Numbered from the stretch's first letter, positions 46,421 to 55,079 are shown. The stretch is DNA of 64,000 nt from an uncultured Bacilli bacterium (GCA_934096645.1 CAKOMK010000002.1:185645-249644); one strand, 5' to 3'. Program-made: numbers and translations. Notes: generated from the sequence alone by a model not told the origin.

Positions 46421-47230
46421 CTAGGGAGTAGTAATGTTTTGTGTAACTGGTTGTACTGGAGTCACAGGAGCAACGGGTTGTACTGGAGTTGCAGGTGTTA
46501 CTGGTTGTACTGGAGCAGCAGGCGCCACAGGTTGTACTGGAGTTGCAGGTGCTACTGGTTGTACTGGAGTTGCAGGCGTTACTGGTTGTACTGGAGTTGC
46601 AGGTGCTACTGGTTGTACTGGAGTAACAGGTGCTACTGGTTGTACTGGAGTTGCAGGCGCTACTGGTTGTACTGGAGCAACAGGAGCAACTGGTTGTACT
46701 GGAGCAACAGGAGCAACTGGTTGTACTGGAGTTGCAGGAGCAACGGGTTGTACTGGAGCAGCAGGAGCCACAGGTTGTACTGGAGTTGCAGGAGCCACAG
46801 GTTGAGCTGGTGCAACAGGTGCAGTAGCAGGTGCTGGTGCTGGAGCAGCACTCTCAAGAGGTCCAACAGGTTCCATTCCTAAATACATTTTACTTAATTT
46901 AATCATTTTTCTTGCTTCATTCATTACATTATCATGATTATCATTAACAAAAACAGTATCATTAGCTTTACTCTTTAATTCTGATTGATAAGATAAATCA
47001 GCTAAAGTAACAAATCCTAAATATTTAGCATCGCTTTTTAATGAATGAACCTCAATAGCATAGTTTGGCATATCACCAGATTGCTTATATTGGTCAAGTT
47101 TAGCTAATTTGTCTTCAACTTCCCCCAAAAAGTCATTCATCGTTTCATTATACATTTCAATATCACCAAGTAATTCTAAACTTTGGTCAACATTTACTCC
47201 ATTATTTTTTAAAAAGTTAACATCATTCAT
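46421..47230 (-). CDS. Hpt (histidine phosphotransfer) domain protein with a Pro/Val/Ala/Gln-rich repeat tail
   Basis: Hpt signature [16 protein letters not shown] in a ~115-aa helical domain, followed by PVQPVAPAT repeats; SD GGAG before the ATG at 47230. Confidence 0.8.
   Translation of the reverse strand: MNDVNFLKNNGVNVDQSLELLGDIEMYNETMNDFLGEVEDKLAKLDQYKQSGDMPNYAIEVHSLKSDAKYLGFVTLADLSYQSELKSKANDTVFVNDNHDNVMNEARKMIKLSKMYLGMEPVGPLESAAPAPAPATAPVAPAQPVAPATPVQPVAPAAPVQPVAPATPVQPVAPVAPVQPVAPVAPVQPVAPATPVQPVAPVTPVQPVAPATPVQPVTPATPVQPVAPATPVQPVAPAAPVQPVTPATPVQPVAPVTPVQPVTQNITTP
46440..46850 (-). repeat. Tandem 27-bp coding repeat (14 phased copies, unit GGTTGTACTGGAGTTGCAGGTGCTACT on the + strand)
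   Basis: The GGTTGTACTGG core recurs at 46449 and every 27 nt up to 46773, with a degenerate copy at 46800. The region is visibly GC-rich against the AT-rich background and generates several spurious ORFs in other frames. Confidence 0.9.
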
Positions 47231-47274
47231 ATTATTATCTCCATTCTTATAAGTTAATTATAACACTAAACAAA

Positions 47275-49113
47275 TTATTTATTCAAAAATTTCTTTAAAA
47301 CTCTTTCTAATTCTGGTTTTTCAATTGGTTTACTTAAATAATCATCAAAACCTTTCTTTAAATATTCTTCTTTCATACCAGAAATAGCATTAGCAGTTAA
47401 TATAACAACTGGTGTTTTAAATCCATCAATTTTTCTTAACTCTTCCATTGTCTCAACACCAGTCATTCTAGGCATCAAGTCATCTACTAAAATAAGTTCA
47501 AATTGTTCACCAGCTTTAATTTTTTCAATAGCTTGAACACCAGAATTAATCATATCCAAATCTAATTGGAATGGCCTTAAAAGTCTTTCAGCAACTTTTA
47601 AGTTCATATTATTATCATCAACTAAAAGTACTCTCTTTCCTTTTAAGTTAATAGTCTTAATTTCACCCTTCTTAGCTTCTTCTTCTCTAAGCTTTAATAT
47701 AACATCAGGTTTAACATAATCTTGATCAATAGATATAGTGAATGTACTTCCTTGTCCGTAAACACTCTTTACATTTATTTTTCCATTCATTAATTCTACT
47801 AGCTTTTTAGTAATTGCAAGACCTAAACCAGTACCTTCGATACCAGCATTTTTTTCTTCATCAATTCTATCAAATTTACTAAACAACTTATCATAGTTTT
47901 CTTCTTTAACACCAATACCAGAATCTTCAACTTCTATTATTATTCTTACATTATTATCTTTAGTTATACAATTAACTCTAAATTCAACATAACCTTGTTG
48001 AGTATATTTAACAGCATTTGTTAATAAGTTAATAGTAACTTGTTTAACTCTTTGTTTGTCACCAAATAAGTATTCAGGAATATTTCTATCATATTCATAT
48101 CTAAATTCTAAAGGTTTATCTCCCATTCTAGCTTTAGTTAACGCTACTAATTCATCAAATAAATCAACAAATTTATAAGGGCCATTAATAAGTTCTAATT
48201 TATTAGCTTCAATCTTAGAAATATCAAGTATTCCGTTAACTATTTCTAAAAGTGTTTGACTGGCTAAAATAATATTTTCAACATCATCATGAGCTTCATC
48301 AGGCATTCCATCTAATTCATTTAATGCATTACTGAAACCAACAACTGCATTTAATGGTGTTCTAATTTCATGTGACATATTACTTAAGAAATCACTCTTT
48401 GCTGTATTAGCTTTATCAGCAGCAATTTTAGCTTCATTTAAATTAGCAATTAATTTAATATTTGAGTCATCAATTGTATAGAACATAAAGAATGTTAACA
48501 ACACAGTACATGGGTTTACTATAAGAATATCTATATAATTATCATCAACTAATAACACAATTAAATAGAAAAGAACCATAAATAATAAAGCCCAATATTT
48601 TTTATTTTTAAAGTTATGTCTGTTCAATATAATTAGTATTCCACTAGCCATAGAACATAAAATAACTAAAATATAAATAAAGTTAGAAGATACACCAACT
48701 GGTGAGAACAAACTATCTTTATAAACAATTTGAACAGGTAATAAGACAAATATTATTGCAAGTAATACAATAAGTATTGATGAGTACATAAGTACCATTT
48801 TACCTTTTCTTTCTCTTCTCTCTTCAGGAATAGAAACAATTAAATAATAAATTATAAAAAACAACATCCATGAAGCAAAACTAAAGAATAGTATTTTCGA
48901 AACAACCGAATATATTGGCAAATCACTAGCATCTCCATTAAGCATAATAAAAAAGCTTATGATTTCCGTAACTAAACTTACAAATGCAGTTCCAAGTAAA
49001 AATATAAATGTAACATTTTCAATTGAATCAGCTTTCTTCTTCATCAAAGGTAAAATTAATATCAGAATTAATGATGAAACAATAATAATGATATAATAGA
49101 TCAAATTACTCAT
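47275..49113 (-). CDS. Hybrid sensor histidine kinase (multi-TM sensor, HisKA, HATPase_c, receiver)
   Basis: About 6-7 N-terminal TM helices; H-box SHEIRTPLNAV, N-box LLTNAVKYT, G-boxes DSGIGV and GTGLGLAI; C-terminal REC (LLVDDNNMN...LVDDLMPRMTG...ILTANA...SKP). Confidence 0.9.
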   Translation of the reverse strand: MSNLIYYIIIIVSSLILILILPLMKKKADSIENVTFIFLLGTAFVSLVTEIISFFIMLNGDASDLPIYSVVSKILFFSFASWMLFFIIYYLIVSIPEERRERKGKMVLMYSSILIVLLAIIFVLLPVQIVYKDSLFSPVGVSSNFIYILVILCSMASGILIILNRHNFKNKKYWALLFMVLFYLIVLLVDDNYIDILIVNPCTVLLTFFMFYTIDDSNIKLIANLNEAKIAADKANTAKSDFLSNMSHEIRTPLNAVVGFSNALNELDGMPDEAHDDVENIILASQTLLEIVNGILDISKIEANKLELINGPYKFVDLFDELVALTKARMGDKPLEFRYEYDRNIPEYLFGDKQRVKQVTINLLTNAVKYTQQGYVEFRVNCITKDNNVRIIIEVEDSGIGVKEENYDKLFSKFDRIDEEKNAGIEGTGLGLAITKKLVELMNGKINVKSVYGQGSTFTISIDQDYVKPDVILKLREEEAKKGEIKTINLKGKRVLLVDDNNMNLKVAERLLRPFQLDLDMINSGVQAIEKIKAGEQFELILVDDLMPRMTGVETMEELRKIDGFKTPVVILTANAISGMKEEYLKKGFDDYLSKPIEKPELERVLKKFLNK

Positions 49114-49217
49114 TACAAATACAACTCCTCTTTATCTATTCTATACATTATCACAATTATATCACATTAAAAATTGAATGTAAATTTTAAATAGTAAAAA
49201 ATAATACTATTTTTATA

Positions 49218-49245
49218 TTGATTTATGTATCATATATGATACAAT
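49218..49245 (+). promoter_or_regulatory. Promoter of the XRE gene with an embedded 16-bp perfect palindrome
   Basis: TTGATT (49218-49223), 16-nt spacer, TGATACAAT (extended -10, hexamer 49240-49245). The palindrome GTATCATATATGATAC (49227-49242) fills the spacer. The ATG is only 9 nt after the -10. Confidence 0.6.
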
Positions 49246-49254
49246 ATATTTATT

Positions 49255-49530
49255 ATGAAAAAGATGACTGAATACATAAATTATATTGAAGTTGATAAAA
49301 GTATTGAAGAACTAGAAGAAGATTTTATAAATGACTTTATTTCTTTTAGAAAAGAAAACAATTTAACACAAGAAATGCTTGCTGAATATTCTAAAGTTAG
49401 TAGAACTAAAATAGCTAGAATTGAAAGTGGAATGCATTCTCCTAGTGTAAAAGCTTTATTAGATATTTTAGGTCCTTTAGGATATACAATCAAAATTGAT
49501 AAAGTAAAAAGAAATCACTATTTTAAATGA
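49255..49530 (+). CDS. XRE-family helix-turn-helix regulator (91 aa)
   Basis: NNLTQEMLAEYSKVSRTKIARIESGMHSPSVKALLDIL is a classic Cro/C1 HTH, preceded by an acidic 30-aa N-terminus. Confidence 0.75.
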   Translation: MKKMTEYINYIEVDKSIEELEEDFINDFISFRKENNLTQEMLAEYSKVSRTKIARIESGMHSPSVKALLDILGPLGYTIKIDKVKRNHYFK

Positions 49531-50495
49531 TTTCTTTTTGTTTGTTTATAATAATTAATTTTATCTTTTTGAATTTTTCTTTTATTATCTCTATTATCTT
49601 TTAATTTGAGTTTTTTATATCTATTTAATTCTTCTAATGTTATTATTCCATTATTTATAGCTTCTATTACAGCACATCCATTACTATTTTCATGAGTACA
49701 TGTTGTATACTTACACTCTGTTTCTAATTCTGATATCTTTGAAAATATTTGATTTAAATCGTAATCATCATTTAAGGCTACACTTCTAATACCAGGTTCA
49801 TCTATTACTACTCTATTATCTTTTAATATATATAAATTTCTACTAGTAGTTGTATGTCTTCCCCTATCGTCTTTGCATCTTATACTTTTAGTCTTAATTT
49901 TATCTTCACCAATTAAATGATTAATAAGTGTACTTTTACCCACACCACTGCTTCCAATAAACACAGCCGTTTCATTTACTTTCCAAATACTTTTTATTTC
50001 TTCTATTCCTTCATTTAAATAAGAACTAACTATAAATACAGGATAATTAAATCTATTAAGCATCATATTTTTATACTTTTCTTTTTCTTCATAACTGCAT
50101 AAATCAGACTTAGTTAATATAAAAGCTATTTTAGTTTTTCCATCTAATCCGACTAATACCATTCTTTCTAATCTAGCTATATTAAAATCATTATTTAAAC
50201 TAGTAACAATAAATACTATATCAATATTAGACGCAAGTATTTGTTCTTTTCCTTTTCTATATTTTTCTTGTGATTTATCAACTGATAATTTAGATATATA
50301 ATTCTTTCTTTCATAAATAGATTTGATAATACAATTTAAATAGTCATCTATATCAATTACTACATAATCTCCAACTACAGGATACATTTCACTCTGATAA
50401 CTATTATTAATAATTCCAACATATATATCATTATTATATATTAGATTCCAATTAGTTTTATTAACACTAATTATTCTACCTATTTTATTTTCCAT
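49518..50495 (-). CDS. rsgA: Ribosome small-subunit-dependent GTPase RsgA (YjeQ)
   Basis: Circularly permuted GTPase: G4 TKSDL before G1 GSSGVGKSTLIN; GRHTTT; C-terminal zinc knuckle CKYTTCTHENSNGC. Confidence 0.85.
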   Translation of the reverse strand: MENKIGRIISVNKTNWNLIYNNDIYVGIINNSYQSEMYPVVGDYVVIDIDDYLNCIIKSIYERKNYISKLSVDKSQEKYRKGKEQILASNIDIVFIVTSLNNDFNIARLERMVLVGLDGKTKIAFILTKSDLCSYEEKEKYKNMMLNRFNYPVFIVSSYLNEGIEEIKSIWKVNETAVFIGSSGVGKSTLINHLIGEDKIKTKSIRCKDDRGRHTTTSRNLYILKDNRVVIDEPGIRSVALNDDYDLNQIFSKISELETECKYTTCTHENSNGCAVIEAINNGIITLEELNRYKKLKLKDNRDNKRKIQKDKINYYKQTKRNHLK

Positions 50496-50615
50496 AATTC
50501 CTTTCCGTTATTATGAAAAATATCATAATAACTTTTTATATTTTATTTTCTTCCTTAACTACTTCAATCATCCCACAACACCTCTTTCTTTTAAAAAATA
50601 TTATACTACAAAATA

Positions 50616-50639
50616 AAAATAGTTCAATTGAACTATTTT
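50616..50639 (-). terminator. Intrinsic terminator after gltX
   Basis: AAAATAGTTC-AATT-GAACTATTTT perfect palindrome. Confidence 0.7.
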
Positions 50640-52278
50640 ATAAATTATTATATCTTTTCTCTATTCTATCTTTTCCAAATAACTTCATAATTTCATATAA
50701 ATCTGGAGTCATTGATTTAGAAGTTAAAGCAACTCTTAATACAGTTGAAATATCTGCAACATTTCCTTTATAATTTTCTGGATTTTTCTTATATTCTTTT
50801 ATATTAGAAGCATATCCAAGTTCATCACACATATCTTTAACTTTATTAAACCATGTTTCTTTATCATCAGTTTCACTATAATATTTACTCATATATGTAT
50901 TTAAAATATTCTTTATTTCATTCATATCAGTAATATTTTTCCATTCATATACTTTATCTTTAGACTCAAATATATCATCATACATATACCAAATTAAATC
51001 TTCAATCATAGAATAATGAGCAATATCTTTACGAGGTTTTTCTTGTTCTCTTTCTATATTTAAAATACTTGTATAATAATCTTTATCTCTAAGAATTAAA
51101 TTATGTAATGATTCACTATATTTGATAGACCAATTAAGTGTTTCCTCACATAAGTCTTTAGCACTCATTTTAGAAATAACTGTTTTAGAAATATTATCTA
51201 GTTTTTCTAAATCATAATAAGCTCCATTAGAAGACATTTTACTAGGATTATACTCAAAATCTAAAAATGTTTTATCAGGATTCATAGTATGCCACTCTTC
51301 ATAATTAGAATTAATAATTGTCATTAATGACTCAATCATAGCTTCTTTTGGATAACCAAGTTCAGAATAATATGACATAGTTGCTTCTGGATCTTTTCTC
51401 TTACTTATTTTTCTAATACTATTTCCTTCTTTTTTAATAATTAAAGGAGTATGTACATATTTAGGTAATTCAAATCCAAATGTTTGAAATAATTCAACAT
51501 GTTTAGGAGCACTACTTAACCATTCTTCTCCTCTTACAACATATGTTGTTCTCATTAAACGATCATCTACTAAATGAGCAAAATGATATGTTGGAAGTAA
51601 ATTATCACTCTTCATAATAACAAAATCTTCATCATTCTCACTTAATTCTAAATCACCTTTAACTTCATCGTGAAATTTAAATTTACGTTCAAAATCACCC
51701 ATAGATTTAAATCTTATAACATAAGGTTCTCCAGCTTTAATTCTATTAATTGCTTCTTCTGGTGTAATATTTCTACATTTAGCATATTTACCATAATATC
51801 CAGTTCTTTGTTTCTTATGATCTTGCATCACTCTTAATTCTTCTAAAGTTTCTTTAGTACAAAAGCATGGATAAGCACGCCCTATTTCAATTAAATGTTT
51901 AATAAAAGCATGATATATTTCTTTTCTTTCGCTTTGAACATAAGGTCCATAATTTCCAACTGTCTTACCATCTAATTCATATTCATCTGGTACAAGATCA
52001 TAATAATATAAAGCATCTCTAATTAAATTAACAGCTTCACTCATCTCTCTTTTTTGATCAGTATCTTCTATTCTTAAATAAAATACTCCATTATTATTTT
52101 TAGCTAATAATACATCAATTATAGCTTGAAAAATACCACCAATATGAACATATCCAGTAGGACTAGGAGCAAATCTAGTAACAACTTGTCCATTTCTAGA
52201 AGGATACATTTTTTCATAATCTTCTATAGTTTTATTGATATTAGGAAATATCAAATCAGCTAAATCTTTATTTGTCAT
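50638..52278 (-). CDS. gltX: Glutamate--tRNA ligase
   Basis: RFAPSPTGYVHIGG (HIGH), RIEDTDQKR, KISKRK (KMSKS). Confidence 0.9.
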   Translation of the reverse strand: MTNKDLADLIFPNINKTIEDYEKMYPSRNGQVVTRFAPSPTGYVHIGGIFQAIIDVLLAKNNNGVFYLRIEDTDQKREMSEAVNLIRDALYYYDLVPDEYELDGKTVGNYGPYVQSERKEIYHAFIKHLIEIGRAYPCFCTKETLEELRVMQDHKKQRTGYYGKYAKCRNITPEEAINRIKAGEPYVIRFKSMGDFERKFKFHDEVKGDLELSENDEDFVIMKSDNLLPTYHFAHLVDDRLMRTTYVVRGEEWLSSAPKHVELFQTFGFELPKYVHTPLIIKKEGNSIRKISKRKDPEATMSYYSELGYPKEAMIESLMTIINSNYEEWHTMNPDKTFLDFEYNPSKMSSNGAYYDLEKLDNISKTVISKMSAKDLCEETLNWSIKYSESLHNLILRDKDYYTSILNIEREQEKPRKDIAHYSMIEDLIWYMYDDIFESKDKVYEWKNITDMNEIKNILNTYMSKYYSETDDKETWFNKVKDMCDELGYASNIKEYKKNPENYKGNVADISTVLRVALTSKSMTPDLYEIMKLFGKDRIEKRYNNL

Positions 52279-52322
52279 AAAACACCTCTTAACATTTACA
52301 AATTATATAATATTTTATAAAT

Positions 52323-52346
52323 AAAAACAAGACAAATTGTCTTGTT
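52323..52346 (-). terminator. Intrinsic terminator after 52345..52590
   Basis: AACAAGAC-AAATT-GTCTTGTT plus a T-run on the minus strand. Confidence 0.7.
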
Positions 52347-52590
52347 AACAAACTTTAATTACGACCATCACAAATACAACACTTACTACTGCAATTAAAG
52401 ACATCAAAAAGTAATCAGTCATTCTCATTTTCTTTTTCTTTTTTACTACTTCAGGTTCTTCATCAATAATAGTTTTCTCTAATATTGGCTCCATCTTAAT
52501 TGTATTTAATAATTCTTCTTGTTTTCTAATTTGTTCATCTATATCAATAATTGCTGTTGTTTCAAATAAAGCATCTTCGTTCATGTTCAT
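52345..52590 (-). CDS. Hypothetical tail-anchored small protein (81 aa)
   Basis: Acidic N-terminus, KKKKK, and a single C-terminal TM helix (FLMSLIAVVSVVFVMVVI); has its own terminator. Confidence 0.35.
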   Translation of the reverse strand: MNMNEDALFETTAIIDIDEQIRKQEELLNTIKMEPILEKTIIDEEPEVVKKKKKMRMTDYFLMSLIAVVSVVFVMVVIKVC

Positions 52591-52694
52591 ATTGTCACTT
52601 CCTTATTTTGTTATATATCTATCATAGCAAAAATAAATAAAGAATACAATAATTTACATAAAAAAACTCAAGATTTCTTGAGTTAATTTCTATA

Positions 52695-52785
52695 TGGCGG
52701 AGACAGAGAGATTTGAACTCTCGCACCAGTTTCCCGATCTACACCCTTAGCAGGGGCGCCTCTTCAGCCTCTTGAGTATGTCTCC
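52695..52785 (-). tRNA. tRNA-Ser (anticodon GCU), long variable arm, CCA encoded
   Basis: GGAGACA/TGTCTCC acceptor stem, CGCCC-CTGCTAA-GGGTG anticodon arm, GAGAG-TTCAAAT-CTCTC T arm; 91 nt. Confidence 0.9.
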
Positions 52786-52798
52786 AAAGCACAAATTA

Positions 52799-52827
52799 AT
52801 ATTACATTATTATTTATAATAAGTCAA
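52799..52827 (-). promoter_or_regulatory. tRNA-Ser promoter
   Basis: Minus strand: TTGACT (52822-52827), 17-nt spacer, TAATAT (52799-52804), ~13 nt before the tRNA 5' end. Confidence 0.6.
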
Positions 52828-52910
52828 GTTTTTTCTGTAAATAAAATGTTTTATATATATAAGAATATCAAAATATTTGATACAATTATAAAGAACGTTA
52901 TGGAGGATTT

Positions 52911-55055
52911 ATGAACGAAAATATTATTAATGAAGTTAGTAATGATATGGGTATAAAAAGTACACAAGTAGAAAGTGTATTAAAACTACTTAGTGAAGGT
53001 AATACTATTCCATTCATTGCTAGATATAGAAAAGAAGCAACAGGTGCTTTAGATGAAGAACAAATAAGAAAAATAAATGAATATTATGAATATGAAGTTA
53101 ATTTATTAAAAAGAAAAGAAGATGTAATTAGATTAATAGATGAAAAAGGTCTTTTAACAGATGAAATCAAAACAAATATAATGAATGCTAAAAAACTAGT
53201 AGAAGTTGAAGACATCTATGCACCATTCAAAGAAAAGAAAAAAACTAAAGCAACTGAAGCTATCAAAAATGGTCTTGAACCATTAGCAAAAATTATCATG
53301 AGTTTCCCTACTACATTTAATATGGACAAAGTAAAAGAATTTTTAAATGATAATGTTAAAACAGAAGAAGATGCTATCACCGGAGCTAAATATATAATTG
53401 CCGAATGGATAAGTGATAATGCATACTATAGAAAATGGATAAGAAGTTATTTTTATAAAAATGGTATTATTACATCAAAATTAAAAAAGAATGCAACAGA
53501 TGAAAATAAAGTATATGAAATGTATTATGACTATAGCGAAAATGTAAAATATATTAAACCTCATAGAGTACTTGCAATTAACAGAGGTGAAAATGAAAAA
53601 ATATTATCAGTTAATATAGAAGTAAATACAGAAGAGATCTTAACTTATTTAGAAACTAAAATAATCAAAAAAGATTCACCAGTTAAAGAATATGTTATTG
53701 ACGCTATAAAAGATAGTTATAAACGTCTTATTGCCCCATCAATTGAAAGAGAAGTAAGAAGTGAATTGACACTTAATAGCGAAGATAAATCAATAGAAGT
53801 ATTTAAAGAAAACTTAGAAAATTTATTATTGATTGCTCCTATGAAAGAAAAAATAGTATTAGGATTTGACCCAGCATTTAGAACAGGATGTAAATTAGCA
53901 GTAGTAGATTCTACATCAAAAGTATTAAATATTTCTGTTATTTACCCACATGAACCACATAATAAATGGGAAGAATCTAAAAAAATATTAAAAGATTTAA
54001 TAGATAAATATAAAGTAGATATAATAGCTATTGGAAATGGAACAGCATCAAGAGAAAGTGAAAAATTAGTAAGTGAAACAATTAAAGAATTAGGTCATTG
54101 TAAATACGCAATTGTATCAGAAGCCGGAGCAAGTGTTTATAGTGCAAGCCCTCTTGCAATAAGTGAATTCCCTGATTTAACAGTAGAAAAAAGAAGTGCT
54201 ATATCAATTGCTAGAAGATTACAAGATCCACTAAATGAATTAGTAAAAATTGATCCTAAATCAATTGGTGTTGGTCAATACCAGCATGATGTATCACAAA
54301 AGAAACTATCTGAATCATTAGATTTCACAGTAAGTAAATGTGTTAACAATGTTGGAGTAAATATTAATACAGCTTCCCCTTCTATACTTAAATATATTTC
54401 TGGATTAACTAAATCAGCAATAGATAAAATAATTAAATATAGAGAAGAACATGGAAAAATAACATCACGTGAAGAAGTTAAAAAGAAAAAATTATTAAAT
54501 GACAAAGTATTTGAACAATCAATCGGATTCATGAGAGTAATAAATGGTGATAATCCTTTAGATAAAACAAATATTCATATGGAAAGCTATGACAAAACAT
54601 TAAAATTATTAGAACATCTAAACTTCACTACTAATGATTTAGGTTCTAAAGAATTAATTGAATCATTAAATAACTTAAATATAAATGAAACATCTAAATT
54701 ATTAGATATAGATTTATATACATTAGAAGATATTATAGAATCTTTAAAACAACCTAATAGAGATTATAGAGATGATTATGAAACTCCACTATTAAAGAGT
54801 GATATATTATCAATTGATAATTTAAAAGTTGGTATGAAATTAGAAGGAACTGTAAGAAATGTAGTAGACTTTGGAGCATTCATAGATATTGGTCTTCATG
54901 GAGATGGATTAGTTCACATATCTAAAATAACTAACAAATATATTAAACACCCAAGTGAAGTATTAAGTGTTGGAGATATAGTTAGTTGTTATGTAATTGA
55001 TATAAACAAAGAAAAAGAGAAAGTTTCACTCTCTCTTATAGATCCAAACAATTAA
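52911..55055 (+). CDS. tex: Tex-like transcription accessory protein (YqgF-like + HhH + S1 domains)
   Basis: N-terminal VLKLLSEGNTIPFIARYRKEATG motif, IAIGNGTASRE, and a C-terminal S1 domain (GTVRNVVDFGAFIDIG). Confidence 0.9.
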   Translation: MNENIINEVSNDMGIKSTQVESVLKLLSEGNTIPFIARYRKEATGALDEEQIRKINEYYEYEVNLLKRKEDVIRLIDEKGLLTDEIKTNIMNAKKLVEVEDIYAPFKEKKKTKATEAIKNGLEPLAKIIMSFPTTFNMDKVKEFLNDNVKTEEDAITGAKYIIAEWISDNAYYRKWIRSYFYKNGIITSKLKKNATDENKVYEMYYDYSENVKYIKPHRVLAINRGENEKILSVNIEVNTEEILTYLETKIIKKDSPVKEYVIDAIKDSYKRLIAPSIEREVRSELTLNSEDKSIEVFKENLENLLLIAPMKEKIVLGFDPAFRTGCKLAVVDSTSKVLNISVIYPHEPHNKWEESKKILKDLIDKYKVDIIAIGNGTASRESEKLVSETIKELGHCKYAIVSEAGASVYSASPLAISEFPDLTVEKRSAISIARRLQDPLNELVKIDPKSIGVGQYQHDVSQKKLSESLDFTVSKCVNNVGVNINTASPSILKYISGLTKSAIDKIIKYREEHGKITSREEVKKKKLLNDKVFEQSIGFMRVINGDNPLDKTNIHMESYDKTLKLLEHLNFTTNDLGSKELIESLNNLNINETSKLLDIDLYTLEDIIESLKQPNRDYRDDYETPLLKSDILSIDNLKVGMKLEGTVRNVVDFGAFIDIGLHGDGLVHISKITNKYIKHPSEVLSVGDIVSCYVIDINKEKEKVSLSLIDPNN

Positions 55056-55079
55056 AAAACCTGAAATTCAGGTTTTTTT
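55054..55079. terminator. Bidirectional terminator between tex (+) and tig (-)
   Basis: AAAAAACCTG-AAATT-CAGGTTTTTTT. Confidence 0.8.

Noticed and set aside
46440-46850. Regularly spaced 27-bp repeats that could be taken for a CRISPR array
   Set aside because: The units are head-to-tail with no spacers and lie in frame within a coding sequence. No cas genes or leader are nearby.
46202-46882. Plus-strand 226-aa ORF, plus the ORFs at 46434..46805 (+), 46630..46827 (+) and 46660..46866 (-), all over the repeat region
   Set aside because: All are artefacts of the 27-bp GC-rich repeat, which stays open in several frames and yields low-complexity [15 protein letters not shown] or LLLQYNQ peptides. 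Only the minus-strand PVQPVAPAT frame is continuous with a recognisable Hpt domain, start codon and SD.
50513-50773. Plus-strand 86-aa ORF in the rsgA-gltX spacer
   Set aside because: The peptide is low-complexity and Ile/Leu/Phe/Ser-rich. The ORF runs antisense into the 3' end of gltX, has no SD, and is better explained by AT-rich sequence.
52279-52344. T-box or other riboswitch leader in front of gltX
   Set aside because: The intergenic region is only ~66 nt. It is filled by the upstream gene's terminator, a -10 box and the SD, leaving no room for a T-box (~200 nt).
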